Positions 38,030 to 50,975 of a DNA stretch of 64,000 nucleotides are shown one piece after another; position 1 is the stretch's first letter, and each line of letters starts with the position of its first letter. Source of the DNA: Deltaproteobacteria bacterium (GTDB taxonomy: Bacteria; Myxococcota_A; Polyangia; Polyangiales; Houyiibacteriaceae); NCBI GenBank assembly GCA_034670305.1, contig JAXMNT010000031.1, positions 1-64,000 of the forward strand. The letters are read 5' to 3'. Under the pieces are notes generated by a model, which worked only from the letters and a program-made list of their open reading frames with translations, was not told the DNA's origin and made no database searches. The position numbers and the translations under genes are program-made.

Positions 38030-38056
38030 GTGTCACTGGGACGGGGGTTTGGGGGC
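38030..38056. repeat. Short dispersed REP-like repeat, copy 2
   Basis: Reverse complement of 9855-9880. Confidence 0.75.
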
Positions 38057-38061
38057 CGCGC

Positions 38062-39312
38062 CTACAAGAACGTCTGACCGAGCCCTCGGTAGGTCTTGGC
38101 TTCGCCGACGACCCGCCCATCGGCCAACAGGGTGAGGGCATCGAAGCGCTCGCAGAGTTCTCCGGCCTTGCAGTGACGGAAGAACACCGGGTCGCCGATC
38201 CCGAGTTCGAGTCCCGGCGGAACCTGCAGTGGGGTCTGCACCTCGCCGGCGCCTTCCGCCTCGAGCAGCGACAGGCCCGCGGGCAAGTAGGGGCTCGGCA
38301 ACCGGGACGGGTCCGCCGCGCCCGAAGCGATGTACCCGCCACCGAGACAGGTCACGATCGAATCGGTGGGTCGGCGCACGACGGGGAGCACGAAGCCCGC
38401 GGCCGGCTCGTGCCGAAACGAGTCGAACCCATCGAAGCTGGTCGGCACGAAGACGCCGCTGCCGGCGCTGACCTCGGTCACGCTCGGATCCCCCGCGGTG
38501 GACTCGAGGCTGCCGGTGCCGCCACCGTTGACGAACCGAATCGGGTGACCGTCGGTTCGCAGCGCGTCCACGATCGCCTTTCGTCGCGTCCGCACGAGTC
38601 CGATCGAACGTTTCTTGAGCTGGCGTACGATTCGGTCGAACACCCAGCGACCGGTGCGGTCGGGGAGCCCCGCGATCTGCGCCTCGTACCCCATGACCCC
38701 TTCGAGGCGCACCCCGCGGGTGCGATGTACGGCCTGCCCGATCGCGCGCGCGTCTTCGACCTCGGTCACGGGCGAACGGCGCACGCCAAAGTGGAGCAGC
38801 GACGTTGGAAGTGTGTCCCGCCCGATGCCCCCGAACGCAGCGCGCAAGGGAACCACCGAGAGCGACATGTCGACGTCGAGGCAGACGGGCACGTCGAGGG
38901 AGCGAGCGAACGCGAGCGCGCCAATGCGTTCGACGTGTTCGATCGAGTCCACCATCAACGTGATGTTCGCGCCGACTTCGATCCGGTCGAGCGCCGCTTC
39001 GAGCTCCGCCGCGTCGACGTTCGGGTACGCGACGACGATGTCGTCGATGCCAAAGTGTTCGTGTAAGAACGCTGCCTCACCCGGCGTGAATCCCAAGACG
39101 CCCCGGTACGCGGGGTGCTCGAGCACGCGCAAGATCAACTCCGGGCAGCGAAGGCTCTTGCTGGCGATCCGGATGGGCCGACCGGCGGCACGCTGGGCCA
39201 TGGCCTCCAGGTTGCGGTCGATGCGTTCGAGGTCCGCCCAGGCGAGCGGCAACCGGCGACCCGCGATCCACTGCCGGTACGCGTCGTAGAGCGCCGCGAG
39301 GTCGGTGGACAC
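38062..39312 (-). CDS. PLP-dependent alanine racemase-fold amino acid deaminase/aldolase (DSD1-like)
   Basis: IRIASKSLRC, MGYEAQIAG, VNGGGTGS, SAGSG, GEVQTP, FRHCKAGELCERF. GTG start re-called. Confidence 0.85.
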   Translation of the reverse strand: MSTDLAALYDAYRQWIAGRRLPLAWADLERIDRNLEAMAQRAAGRPIRIASKSLRCPELILRVLEHPAYRGVLGFTPGEAAFLHEHFGIDDIVVAYPNVDAAELEAALDRIEVGANITLMVDSIEHVERIGALAFARSLDVPVCLDVDMSLSVVPLRAAFGGIGRDTLPTSLLHFGVRRSPVTEVEDARAIGQAVHRTRGVRLEGVMGYEAQIAGLPDRTGRWVFDRIVRQLKKRSIGLVRTRRKAIVDALRTDGHPIRFVNGGGTGSLESTAGDPSVTEVSAGSGVFVPTSFDGFDSFRHEPAAGFVLPVVRRPTDSIVTCLGGGYIASGAADPSRLPSPYLPAGLSLLEAEGAGEVQTPLQVPPGLELGIGDPVFFRHCKAGELCERFDALTLLADGRVVGEAKTYRGLGQTFL

Positions 39313-39317
39313 GACCG

Positions 39318-39686
39318 CTAGCGCTCGGAGGGCACTTCGATGAGGAGGGAAGCAGAGCGCGTCACCCCGTCTTGGTCCTGTGCCCGAAACTCCATCGTGC
39401 CGGGGAGGGTCGGCACGTCGATCGTGACCACCGGATCGTCGAACACGGTGATGAACCCGTAGTTGGTCTCTACTGGCTGGAGCAACCGCACTTCGAGGAT
39501 CTCGTCTCGCTCGAACCCGCACGCCTCGATGACGAGGGTGACCTCGTCCCGTTCGACGACGGTCCCTGGACTCGGACTCAGAAAACGCACGCTTCGGTCC
39601 GAACACGTCTCGGCGTCTCCGCAGCCTGCCGCGGACAGCGCGAGCGCAACCACGAGTGCGGCCCGCAGGGATGGGAAAGGAGTCAT
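39318..39686 (-). CDS. Small lipoprotein (Ig-like)
   Basis: Start re-called at MTPFPSLRAALVVALALSAAGC. Beta-rich, with an FLSPSPG motif. Confidence 0.7.
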   Translation of the reverse strand: MTPFPSLRAALVVALALSAAGCGDAETCSDRSVRFLSPSPGTVVERDEVTLVIEACGFERDEILEVRLLQPVETNYGFITVFDDPVVTIDVPTLPGTMEFRAQDQDGVTRSASLLIEVPSER

Positions 39687-39693
39687 CGCGCCA

Positions 39694-41127
39694 TCATACG
39701 CCAACCAGCGGGAGCTGGCGGCGGGCGTGCTTGGCTTCGATCGGGATCGGGTAGTTGCCGCTGAAACACGCGTCGCAGTAGCCCTTGCCGCCGACCCCGC
39801 GGCGGAGCCCTTCGATCGAGAGGTACCCGAGTGAATCGGCGGTGACGAACTTCGCGATGTCTTCCGGAGGATGTCGGCTCGCGATGAGCTCGTCCCGACT
39901 CGGGGTGTCGATGCCGTAGAAACAGGGCCACTGGGTGGGCGGTGAGCTGATCCGGAGATGCACCTCGGCCGCGCCGGCATCGCGCAACATCTTCACGATC
40001 TTGCGGCTCGTCGTACCGCGCACGATCGAGTCGTCGACGACGGCGACACGCTTGCCCCTCAAGAGATCCGGCACCGGATGAAGTTTCAGCCGCACACCGA
40101 AGTGGCGGATGGACTGCGAGGGTTCGATGAACGTGCGGCCGACGTAGTGGCTGCGGATGAGCCCCATCTCGTAGGGGATGCCGGTGTGCTTCGCGAATCC
40201 GAGCGCTGCGGCGGTGCCGCTGTCCGGCACGGGGATCACCATGTCCGCTTCCACCGGCTGTTCTTCGGCCAGCACCGCGCCGAGGCGTTTGCGCGCTTCG
40301 TAGACACTGATCCCGTCGAACGAGCTGTCGGGGCGCGCGAAGTACACGTACTCGAAGATGCACATCTTCCGCGGCTCCTTCTCGAAGGGGCGCAGTGAGC
40401 GCATGCCGAACTTGTTCGCGACGATCATCTCGCCCGGTTCGACGTCGCGCACGTACTCCGCTCCGATGAGCTGGAAGGCGGGTGGTTCGCTCGCGACCAC
40501 CGTCGCGTCGCCTTTGCGCCCGAGACACAGTGGGCGGAATCCGTTCGGGTCGCGGACCGCGACGAGTTCTTCTGGAGACAAAAAGACCAGCGAGTAGGCG
40601 CCGTGCACTTGGCTCAGGGCGTCGGCGACGCGGTCCACCATGGTCTCCGCTTGGCTGCGTGCGATCAGGTGAACGAAGACCTCCGTGTCGCTCGACGACG
40701 AGAAGATCGAGCCCTTCGCTTCCAGCTCCTCTCGCAGGCGGTCGCCGTCGACGAGGTTGCCGTTGTGCGCGACTGCGATGCTTCCGTGACCGCAGTCCAC
40801 TGCGATGGGCTGCGCGTTCTCGATGCGGCTTCCACCCGCGGTCGAGTAGCGCACATGACCGATGGCCGCGCTTCCGGGCAGGTTCTCGATGGTGGTGGCG
40901 GTGAACACGTCCTGCACGAGGCCGAGGCCCCGGTGTACGAAGAGCTGTTCGCCGTTGGAGCTCGTGATGCCGGCGGCTTCTTGGCCACGGTGCTGCAGCG
41001 AGTGCAGCCCGAGGTAGGTCAGGTTCGCCGCCTCGTCGTCTCCAAACACTCCGAACACGCCGCATTGGTCGTGGAAGTGATCGTCCAGAACGTCTTCGTC
41101 ATCCGCGAAAGGAGGGAAGTCGGCCAC
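39694..41127 (-). CDS. purF: Amidophosphoribosyltransferase
   Basis: Propeptide then [52 protein letters not shown]. Start re-called at GTG 41127. Confidence 0.97.
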   Translation of the reverse strand: MADFPPFADDEDVLDDHFHDQCGVFGVFGDDEAANLTYLGLHSLQHRGQEAAGITSSNGEQLFVHRGLGLVQDVFTATTIENLPGSAAIGHVRYSTAGGSRIENAQPIAVDCGHGSIAVAHNGNLVDGDRLREELEAKGSIFSSSSDTEVFVHLIARSQAETMVDRVADALSQVHGAYSLVFLSPEELVAVRDPNGFRPLCLGRKGDATVVASEPPAFQLIGAEYVRDVEPGEMIVANKFGMRSLRPFEKEPRKMCIFEYVYFARPDSSFDGISVYEARKRLGAVLAEEQPVEADMVIPVPDSGTAAALGFAKHTGIPYEMGLIRSHYVGRTFIEPSQSIRHFGVRLKLHPVPDLLRGKRVAVVDDSIVRGTTSRKIVKMLRDAGAAEVHLRISSPPTQWPCFYGIDTPSRDELIASRHPPEDIAKFVTADSLGYLSIEGLRRGVGGKGYCDACFSGNYPIPIEAKHARRQLPLVGV

Positions 41128-41167
41128 GGGCGGGAGTGTGCCTGTTTGTCCGGCGGGGGCAAGGGGC

Positions 41168-41490
41168 GAGGGGCCGAAGCCGAGGGGCCGAAGCCCGAAG
41201 CCGACAGCGACGCCGAAGCCGAAGCCGACGCCGAAGCCGACGGCGACGCCGACGCCGAAGCCGACGCCGAAGCCGAAACCGACGCCGAAGCCGAAGCCGA
41301 CGCCGAAGGCGACGCCGAAGGCGACGCCGAAGGCGACGCCGAAGGCGACGCCGAAGCCGATGCCGAGAACCGACGCCGAGAACCGATGCCGAGAACCGAT
41401 GCCGAGAACCGATGCCGAAGACCGATGGCGTAGAACCGACGCCGAAAACCGATGCGACGCTGACGCCGAAGCCGAAAACCGATGCCGACG
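41168..41490. repeat. Intergenic hexamer array (GAAGCC/GACGCC)n followed by 13-bp GCCGAGAACCGAY units
   Basis: Same hexamer family as 12036-12283 but in opposite orientation. Lies between divergent purF and HupE genes. Confidence 0.9.
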
Positions 41491-41541
41491 TGGATCCGGG
41501 ACCGCTGGGCAGGGGATTGGGGGGCGTGGTAGGTCAGCGGC

Positions 41542-42651
41542 ATGAAGTTTCGACGCAACCGTGTGGGGTCGGTGTGGCTCGCATCGGCGTTGCTGGCGGC
41601 GGTGCTCGCAGTGCTCGTGCCCTCCGTGACGGCGCATGCGCACCTCGGCAGCCGCAAGTACGTCCGGGTGGAACCGGGGCAGGGTGGGGCGGCGGTGGAG
41701 GTGGAGGTCGAGGCGGTGGATGCGTCCATGCAGCTCGATCTCGGCGAGGACGTCGACCTCGACGCACTGCGCGCCCGCGCACCCGCCATCAAGCAGTGGC
41801 TCTCGCAGGGCATCGCGCTCACGTCGGAGGGTGGGGACTGCACCGTGGAGGCTGGGGACCCGGAGATGACGGTGCGGGACGAGACGCCCTTCGTACGGGT
41901 GATGCTCCAGTTCAGCTGTCCCAGTCAGGAAGGGCTGGTGCTGACCGACGACACCATCTTCCCGGACGACGTGCAGCACGAGGCGATGGTGCGCATCGCG
42001 TTCGGCGCCGACGAAGACGCGCACGTGTTGCGGCGCGGCAGCCGCGAGCTCCCGATCGAACCCGTCTCGGCGATGACGGTCGCGGGCACCTTCCTGTGGG
42101 AGGGGGTGCTTCACTTCGCGCTCGGGTTCGACCACGTCCTGTTTCTGCTCTCGCTCGTGCTGGCCGCCGGGTTCGTCAGCCGCAAGGAAGGCGTCAAGCG
42201 CGCGCTGCGCGATGTGGCCATCCTGGTGACGGCGTTCACGCTCGGACACAGCGTCACGCTGATCGCGGCGGCGCTGCAGTACGTGGTCTTACCGTCGCAG
42301 CCCGTCGAAATCGTCATCGCGGCATCGATCGCAGTCGTCGCCGTGATGAACATCGTGCGCCCCGAACACCGCGGCGCGCTGCCCTGGCTCGCGGGCGGAT
42401 TCGGGTTGATCCACGGCTTCGGGTTCTCCTCGGTGTTGGCCGAGCTCGGTTTGCCGGCGGAGCAGAACGTCCTGGCGCTCGTGTGTTTCAACGTCGGCAT
42501 CGAGCTGGCGCAGCTCGCCTTCGTCGCCATCGTGATGGGCCCCATCGCGTGGGCGGCCAAACAGTCCGGCTACAAACGGTTCGTCCAGGTCGCATCCGCG
42601 CTCATCGGCCTCCTCGCATTGTTCTGGGTCGTCGAACGCGTGATGGGCTGA
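41542..42651 (+). CDS. HupE/UreJ family membrane protein with an N-terminal soluble domain
   Basis: Signal ending [46 protein letters not shown]. Confidence 0.9.
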   Translation: MKFRRNRVGSVWLASALLAAVLAVLVPSVTAHAHLGSRKYVRVEPGQGGAAVEVEVEAVDASMQLDLGEDVDLDALRARAPAIKQWLSQGIALTSEGGDCTVEAGDPEMTVRDETPFVRVMLQFSCPSQEGLVLTDDTIFPDDVQHEAMVRIAFGADEDAHVLRRGSRELPIEPVSAMTVAGTFLWEGVLHFALGFDHVLFLLSLVLAAGFVSRKEGVKRALRDVAILVTAFTLGHSVTLIAAALQYVVLPSQPVEIVIAASIAVVAVMNIVRPEHRGALPWLAGGFGLIHGFGFSSVLAELGLPAEQNVLALVCFNVGIELAQLAFVAIVMGPIAWAAKQSGYKRFVQVASALIGLLALFWVVERVMG

Positions 42652-42654
42652 GGC

Positions 42655-44805
42655 GTGCGCAGTCGCTGGTTCCACGTTCCGCTGCTCCACTCGCACGGGG
42701 CCCTCGAGAAGAAGGTCACGTGGCTCGAACTCTTCTACGACCTGATCTTCGTCGCCGCGTTCATCCAGCTCGGCAACGGCCTCTCCGAGCACGTCGACGG
42801 CACCGGCGTGCTCGTGTTCTGCGGTGTGTTCGTCCCGCTCTGGACCGCGTGGACCGGTTTCACGTTCTTCGCGAACCGGTTCACGGTCGACGACATCCTG
42901 CACCGCGTGATGGTGTTCCTGCAGATGTTCGCGGTGGGCGGCATGGCGTTGTCCGCGCCGGAGGTTCTCCGCGGACAACACGTCCCCTTCGCACTCGCGA
43001 CGGCCGGCGCCCTCTTCATCATCGCGCTGCTGCACTACCGGGTGCATCAGCAAACCGAAGAAGGGCGGGACTACTGCTTCTTCTGGGGCGGCGTGTTCCT
43101 CGTGAGTTCGATCGGCTGGCTCGCCAGTGCGTTCGTGATGGCGCACATCGCCTACTGGATCTGGGCGGGCGCGACCGTGACCATCCTCGGCGCCCCGATG
43201 CATCGGCGGTCCCGCGAACTCGCGGAGCGCTACCCGATCGACTTCGAACACCTCGGTGAGCGCTACGGCCTGCTCACCCTGATCGTGCTCGGCGAGTCCT
43301 TCGTGAAGGTGCTCTCGCTGCTGGCCGCGGAGGGCGCGGGGCTCGATGTCTACGCCCAGGCCGCCGTCGTTCTGCTCGTCACGTGCGGCGTCTGGTGGGT
43401 CTACTTCGACGATGTCGCCGGCGCGCACGTGCGCAAGGGGCCGGCCAAGTGGGTCGTGTGGCTCTACGCGCACCTGCCCCTGCAAGCGGCGATCGTGGCC
43501 ACCGGCGTGGCCCTCAAGAAGGCGGTGCACTTCACCTGGGACGAGCCGGCCGGCGCAGGCTACCGGTGGCTGCTCGCAGGGGCGGTCGCGCTGGTGTTCT
43601 TCGCGGTCGCCATGGTGGACTCGGTCACCGAGCGGAAGTCGGCGGAGCTGAGCGATCGGGCCCGGATCAACGTGCGCTGGATCAGCGGCGTGTTGCTTCT
43701 CGTGCTGGCGCCCGCGGGCAACCTGATGAGCGGGGGGCTGTTCTTGGCCCTGCTCACGGGCGTGGTCATCACCCAGGTGATCCTCGACGTCGCGATGGCG
43801 CCGTTCGAGGAGAACGAGCACTCCGAGGAGCGCCTCGGCGCCCGGTCCCTGGCGGACCGAGTCCAGTCCGGCGAAGCCCTGCCGGTCCGCCGCGATCTGA
43901 CCGAGTCCGTGCGCAAAGGCACCCCCTCGGCGATGCGGCGGGATCTCTACTTCTATTTCATGGAAGGCAGCTGGGGACGCATCTTCGTCGCGTTCTTGAT
44001 CGTGTTCCTGGTGACCAACATCTTCTTCGGGGCGCTCTACGCGCTCGAGCCGGGGGCCGTCGCGGGCGTCGATACGTTTGGAGACGCGTTCTTCTTCAGC
44101 GTGCAGACGATGTCGACCATCGGCTACGGCGCGCTCTCTCCGGAGACTGCGTATGGCAACGCGGTGGTCACGGCGGAGGCGGCCATCGGCATCATCGGGG
44201 TGGCCATCGTCACTGGGCTCGTGTTCGCCAAAGCATCCCGCGCGACCTCGTCGGTGCTCTTCAGCAACGTGGTCACGATCCACACCCACCACGGCAAACC
44301 GACGCTCAGCTTTCGCGCGGGCAACGCCCGGGGCAACGAGGTGGTGGATGCGACGGTCAGCATCACGCTGGTCAAAGACGTGATGACACCGGAGGGGCTG
44401 CACCTGCGGAAGCTCTTCGATGTGCTGCCGACGCGGGCTCGGTCCCCACTCTTCGTGCTCAGCTGGCAGATCATGCATCCCATCGAAGGGGACAGTCCGT
44501 TGATCGACGTCGACTGGGATGCGCCGGAAGGACAGATCATCGCGCTCATCGTGACGATCATGGGGCACGACGGGACCTACGCGCAGACGATCCACGCGCG
44601 CCACACGTACTACCCGGAGGACTTCCGGGTCGGCCACCGTTTCGTCGACGTGATCAGCCAGCTCGACGACGGCCGGCTGCAAGTCGACTACGGCGCGTTC
44701 CACGACACCACTGCGCTTCCCACAGACAGCACTGCGCTTCCCACAGACAGCACTGCGCTTCCCAAAGACAGCACCGAGGGGACCGTGCGTCCCGAGGAGG
44801 AGTAG
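42655..44805 (+). CDS. Fusion of LtrA (low temperature requirement A) membrane domain and KirBac-type inward-rectifier K+ channel
   Basis: N-terminal VTWLELFYDLIFV and HLGERYGLLTLIVLGES (LtrA). C-terminal DLY, FFFSVQTMSTIGYG filter, FRAGNARGN, LSWQIMHPIEGDSPL (Kir). One continuous frame. Confidence 0.9.
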   Translation: MRSRWFHVPLLHSHGALEKKVTWLELFYDLIFVAAFIQLGNGLSEHVDGTGVLVFCGVFVPLWTAWTGFTFFANRFTVDDILHRVMVFLQMFAVGGMALSAPEVLRGQHVPFALATAGALFIIALLHYRVHQQTEEGRDYCFFWGGVFLVSSIGWLASAFVMAHIAYWIWAGATVTILGAPMHRRSRELAERYPIDFEHLGERYGLLTLIVLGESFVKVLSLLAAEGAGLDVYAQAAVVLLVTCGVWWVYFDDVAGAHVRKGPAKWVVWLYAHLPLQAAIVATGVALKKAVHFTWDEPAGAGYRWLLAGAVALVFFAVAMVDSVTERKSAELSDRARINVRWISGVLLLVLAPAGNLMSGGLFLALLTGVVITQVILDVAMAPFEENEHSEERLGARSLADRVQSGEALPVRRDLTESVRKGTPSAMRRDLYFYFMEGSWGRIFVAFLIVFLVTNIFFGALYALEPGAVAGVDTFGDAFFFSVQTMSTIGYGALSPETAYGNAVVTAEAAIGIIGVAIVTGLVFAKASRATSSVLFSNVVTIHTHHGKPTLSFRAGNARGNEVVDATVSITLVKDVMTPEGLHLRKLFDVLPTRARSPLFVLSWQIMHPIEGDSPLIDVDWDAPEGQIIALIVTIMGHDGTYAQTIHARHTYYPEDFRVGHRFVDVISQLDDGRLQVDYGAFHDTTALPTDSTALPTDSTALPKDSTEGTVRPEEE
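44709..44775 (+). repeat. 21-bp tandem repeat x3 (CACTGCGCTTCCCACAGACAG) in the channel C-terminal tail
   Basis: Encodes (TALPTDS) x3, with one T-to-K change. Confidence 0.9.
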
Positions 44806-44850
44806 TAGCCTGTCGCTCGGTTTTGATTCGGCGACACGGTAGACTCGGCC

Positions 44851-46914
44851 ATGCACAGCTTGGCCCGCCTGGTTCTCGTTCTCTGCTTGGGCCTCGTGGC
44901 CTGTGACCCGTCGCCGGGCGGCGACGCCGACGCCGGGCGAAGGGACGCCCTCACCGACGCACGCATCGCGCAGCCGGACGAGGACGGCGACTTCATCTCC
45001 GATGCCGACGAAGGGCGCGCCGACGGTGTGGACACCGACGCCGATGGCGTTCCGGACTTCCAGGACCTGGATTCGGACGGAGATGGCTTCTCCGATGCGG
45101 AGGAAGCCGGCGACGAAGACACCGGGACGCCGCCTCGCGACTCGGACTCCGACGGCGTGCCGGACTACCGCGACCTCGACTCCGACGGCAACGGCATCGA
45201 AGACCGGGTGGAGGGCGGCGCCGACACCGACGGCGACGGAGTGCCGGACTACGCGGACCTGGACGACGACGGAGACTTCCTCAGCGATGTGGACGAGATC
45301 GCGGGCAACGTGGGCAGCCCGCCGGACTACGACGGAGATGGGCTCCCCGACTTCCGCGACACGGACTCCGACGACGACACCATCGCCGACCGGAACGAAG
45401 GCGCGCTCGACACGGATGGGGACGGCATCGCGGACCGCTTCGACCTCGACTCCGACAACGACACCCTGACCGACGCCATCGAGGCGGGAGACTCCGACGT
45501 GGCGACCCCGCCGGTGGACACCGACGGCGACGGACTCGCTGACTACCGCGATCCGGATTCCGACAACGACGGCTTGGCGGACGAGGTGGAGGTTCGGTTC
45601 GGCACCGATCCGACCCTGGTCGACACCGACGGCGACGGAGTGTCCGACCTCATCGAGTTCGCGGCGGGCAGCGACGGGACGGACCCGCTCGACAGCCCGC
45701 GCACCGCAGGCGACTTCGTCTTCGAGGTGCCGTTCGAAGAGACCCCGCGCCCCGAGCGCGACACGCTTCAGTTCCGGACCAACATTCGCTCCGCGGACAT
45801 CTACTTCTCGTTCGATACCTCGACCACGATGATCCAGGAGATGAACGCGATGCGGGACCCGGTCACCGGCGTGCCGGCGATCCTGAATGAACTCCTCTGC
45901 ACCGAGACCGCCACCGCGTGCGAAGAAGACGACGACTGCGGCGCCGCCGAGGTGTGCGGGGTGCGCGGCATGTGCGCGGAAGATCCCGAGGTGGATGGCT
46001 GCTTGCTCGATGTGAACACCGGCGTCGGCCAGTGGCACCACATCGACACGTTCCAGAACCTCCTCTCGCTGCAACCGGATCCGATGGCCACCGCCAGCGC
46101 GATCCCGAGTGCGCCGGACTGGTTCGTTGCGCCGGTGCAAGCAGCGGCGTGTGCCGCCGACCCCACGAACTGCACAAACACCGGCACGCTCTCGTGCGCA
46201 GCATCCGGGGTGGGTTGCCCAGGGTACCGCGAAGACGCGGTGCGCATCTACGTGCACGTCTCCGATGCGAACAACGAGTGCCGCTGCGGCGTCGAACGCA
46301 GCTCCTGCGGTGCGGGCGGCGCACCGGCGCGCTGTGGCATGTTCACGACCGCCTTCGCAGGCGCGGAGCTGGCCCGGCAAGGGATCAAGTTCATTGGACT
46401 CATCGGCGTCGGAACAGCGTTCGGGGATGGAACCGCGACCGGCATCGCCGAGGAGATGGGGCGCGCCTCGGGCAGCCTCGACGCGGCGGGCGATCCATTC
46501 GTCTACCCAGCGAACGACGCGGCCGTCGTGTCCCGCACGGTGGACGCGGTGCGGACGGTGGTGACGGAGACGCGGTTCGACATCACGATCGAAGCGACCG
46601 ATCTGCCCGACGACGCGGGCGACTCACTTCAGTTCATCGAGCGGCTCGAAATCAACGAGACGGGCGCCGGCTGCACCAGCGGCCTCATGACCCGCGACGA
46701 CGACGGCGACACCTTCGACGACGCGTTCGTTCAGGTCGAACCAGGCGTACGCGTCTGCTGGGACGTCGTCGTCCGCCAGAACGACAGCGTCCCCCCGACC
46801 CGCGAACCCCAGGTCTTCCGCGCCCGCCTCACGGTCTACGCGGACGGCTCCGAAGTGGACGGCCGCACCGTGTACTTCCTGGTGCCCGCCGACGTGGACC
46901 TGCCCATCATCTGA
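44851..46914 (+). CDS. Lipoprotein with thrombospondin type 3 (DxDxDG) repeats and an integrin-beta-like VWA domain (CglD-like)
   Basis: Lipobox LVAC, many DTDGDG.PDY/F.D.DSD repeats, [13 protein letters not shown], Cys-rich insertions. C-terminal sandwich shared with paralogs A-C. Confidence 0.8.
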   Translation: MHSLARLVLVLCLGLVACDPSPGGDADAGRRDALTDARIAQPDEDGDFISDADEGRADGVDTDADGVPDFQDLDSDGDGFSDAEEAGDEDTGTPPRDSDSDGVPDYRDLDSDGNGIEDRVEGGADTDGDGVPDYADLDDDGDFLSDVDEIAGNVGSPPDYDGDGLPDFRDTDSDDDTIADRNEGALDTDGDGIADRFDLDSDNDTLTDAIEAGDSDVATPPVDTDGDGLADYRDPDSDNDGLADEVEVRFGTDPTLVDTDGDGVSDLIEFAAGSDGTDPLDSPRTAGDFVFEVPFEETPRPERDTLQFRTNIRSADIYFSFDTSTTMIQEMNAMRDPVTGVPAILNELLCTETATACEEDDDCGAAEVCGVRGMCAEDPEVDGCLLDVNTGVGQWHHIDTFQNLLSLQPDPMATASAIPSAPDWFVAPVQAAACAADPTNCTNTGTLSCAASGVGCPGYREDAVRIYVHVSDANNECRCGVERSSCGAGGAPARCGMFTTAFAGAELARQGIKFIGLIGVGTAFGDGTATGIAEEMGRASGSLDAAGDPFVYPANDAAVVSRTVDAVRTVVTETRFDITIEATDLPDDAGDSLQFIERLEINETGAGCTSGLMTRDDDGDTFDDAFVQVEPGVRVCWDVVVRQNDSVPPTREPQVFRARLTVYADGSEVDGRTVYFLVPADVDLPII

Positions 46915-46932
46915 GCGGAGCTGCAGCCGTCG

Positions 46933-47150
46933 GGATCGGCATCGGCATCGGCATCGGGATCGGCATCGGCTTCGGCTTCGGCGTCGGCATCGGCGTCGGC
47001 GTCGGCTTCGGCATCGGCATCGGCTTCGGCGTCGGCTTCGGCGTCGGCTTCGGCGTCGGCTTCGGAAGCGGCCACAGCCCCGCCCCTCACCCAGAGGGCA
47101 AGGGCAAGGGCACGGGCAAGGGCACGGGGGGAGAAGTCTTCGACTTCTCC

Positions 47151-47151
<1 letters not shown>
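46933..47151. repeat. Intergenic hexamer array + GGGCAA/GGGCAC tract + hairpin abutting the katG stop
   Basis: (GGCWTC/GGCGTC)n at 46933-47064, six GGG tracts at 47096-47131, hairpin GGGAGAAGTC-ttc-GACTTCTCCC at 47129-47151. Confidence 0.9.
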
Positions 47152-49343
<2,192 letters not shown>

Positions 49344-49415
49344 TCAGCCCCAGGTCCGCGGGACGGTCTCACACCAACAGGGGCTCCGTCACCCCCGCGC
49401 CCAAGGCCGCCAACC

Positions 49416-49693
49416 ACGGGCACGGGCACGCGCACGGGCACGGTCTCCTCCGGATTCGACTCCGGCGTCAGCCTCGGCCTCGGCTTCGGCGTCGGCTTCG
49501 GCCTCGGCTCCAGCGTCGGCCTCGGCTCCGGCGTCGGCTTCGGCGTCGGCCTCGGCCTCGGCTTCGGCGTCCGGCGTCCGGCGTCGGCTTCGGCTTCGGC
49601 GTCGGCTCCGGCTTCGGCTTCGGCCTCGGCGTCGGCCTCGGCTTCGGCCTCGGCTTCGGCTTCGGCTCCGGCTCCGGCGTCGGCGTCGGCCTC
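49416..49693. repeat. Intergenic GGGCAC tract followed by a (GGCYTC/GGCGTC)n hexamer array
   Basis: Same family as the arrays at 12036, 41168 and 46933. Confidence 0.9.
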
Positions 49694-49721
49694 AGTTCAG
49701 CGGCTCAGAGAATCAAAGAGA

Positions 49722-50882
49722 TCAGAGCGTGTCGCAGACGCCATATTCCCGCCCGTCGAACACGAGCGGGGTCATGAAGCCGTAGCACGCGGACCCCGCG
49801 CCGCAGATGCCACCGACGGTGCCGGGGGTCAGACACCAGCGCAGGCACTGGGAGGTGGGGCTGCCGATGCAACCGAAGCCGACTTGGCAATCGCCGTCGT
49901 CGGTGCAGGTGCCGCCTTGGCCGGTCGCTCCGGGCGGGCCCTGGCAGTCGGTCAGAACGCGGCCGCTCATCTCGGTGAAGAACCCGCAGTAGGTGCCGGC
50001 CGGGCACCCGGCGTTGGTCGACGGATCGCAGTGGCGCGTGCAGACGGTGTCGGTGCTGCCGGTGATGTTCACGAGGCAGCGCGAGCCGGCGCCCGAGCAG
50101 TCGCCGTGACCGTCGCAGAAGTGTTTGCACATCGGGAGGTTCATCCCGGCGGTGGCGTGCACGTTCACGCACAGGTTGCCGGGCGAACAGATGTCCGAGT
50201 CGCAACGATCGCCTTCCGCGGACGTGCCGGCCGGGAAGCAGGTGCGGGCGCCGGTGCCGTCGAGGTAGCAGCCCTGCATCGACGGGCAGCCGCACTGAGG
50301 CGAGACGGTCCGGCAGGGGCTCTCCGAGCAGGTGGCGTCGCGGCAACCGACCGTCGGGTCGCACGTCAGCGGCGCAACACACATCGAGTCCTCGGCCGTG
50401 AACACGCAGACGCCGTCGACACACTCATCGACCGTGCACGAGACCCCGTCGGAGCACACCACCGGCGTGCCCGCGCGGCAGCCACCCGAGACACAGGTTT
50501 CGATGCCGTTGCAGTCGTTGCCGTCATCGCAGTCGGCGGGGCCGACGCAGCCCGCGTCGCTCGGCGCGTCGGTGCCTGCGTCGGTGGGCATCGGTCCGCT
50601 GTCGACACCGCCAGCGTCCACATCGGAACCGGCGTCGTCGTCCGGGCCGGCGTCTTCGTCCGGTGCGGCGTCCTCTGGCACCGATGCGTCGTCGAGGACC
50701 GGCGCGTCCTCACCGCTCGGCGCGTCGTCTTGTTCGGGCGCGTCCTCGAGCAGCGGCGCATCCGCGGCGCCGACGTCCGCGCTCGACGCATCCTGTCCTG
50801 CATCGCGTGGGGTCGTGGGCGTTCCACCCGCCGCACACCCAACCAGAGCCATCGCACAACCGCACACCAAGAAATAACGCAT
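49722..50882 (-). CDS. Cys-rich lipoprotein with a DAG/DAP low-complexity stalk
   Basis: Start re-called at MRYFLVCGCAMALVGC. CDDGNDCNGIETC and CSDGVSCTVDEC repeats, followed by dense Cys modules. Confidence 0.8.
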   Translation of the reverse strand: MRYFLVCGCAMALVGCAAGGTPTTPRDAGQDASSADVGAADAPLLEDAPEQDDAPSGEDAPVLDDASVPEDAAPDEDAGPDDDAGSDVDAGGVDSGPMPTDAGTDAPSDAGCVGPADCDDGNDCNGIETCVSGGCRAGTPVVCSDGVSCTVDECVDGVCVFTAEDSMCVAPLTCDPTVGCRDATCSESPCRTVSPQCGCPSMQGCYLDGTGARTCFPAGTSAEGDRCDSDICSPGNLCVNVHATAGMNLPMCKHFCDGHGDCSGAGSRCLVNITGSTDTVCTRHCDPSTNAGCPAGTYCGFFTEMSGRVLTDCQGPPGATGQGGTCTDDGDCQVGFGCIGSPTSQCLRWCLTPGTVGGICGAGSACYGFMTPLVFDGREYGVCDTL

Positions 50883-50975
50883 CACATGCTCCCCACGCCC
50901 CACCCTACGAGAGGGCCGGGGGCCGATCAATGCGCGGCCTGGAACCACCCGCGCGCCGTGATCTAGTATCGCGCC

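Noticed and set aside
41128-42249. Apparent 851-aa PurF with an N-terminal extension
   Set aside because: The extension runs through the repeat array and antisense to HupE. PurF needs only a short propeptide before its N-terminal Cys.
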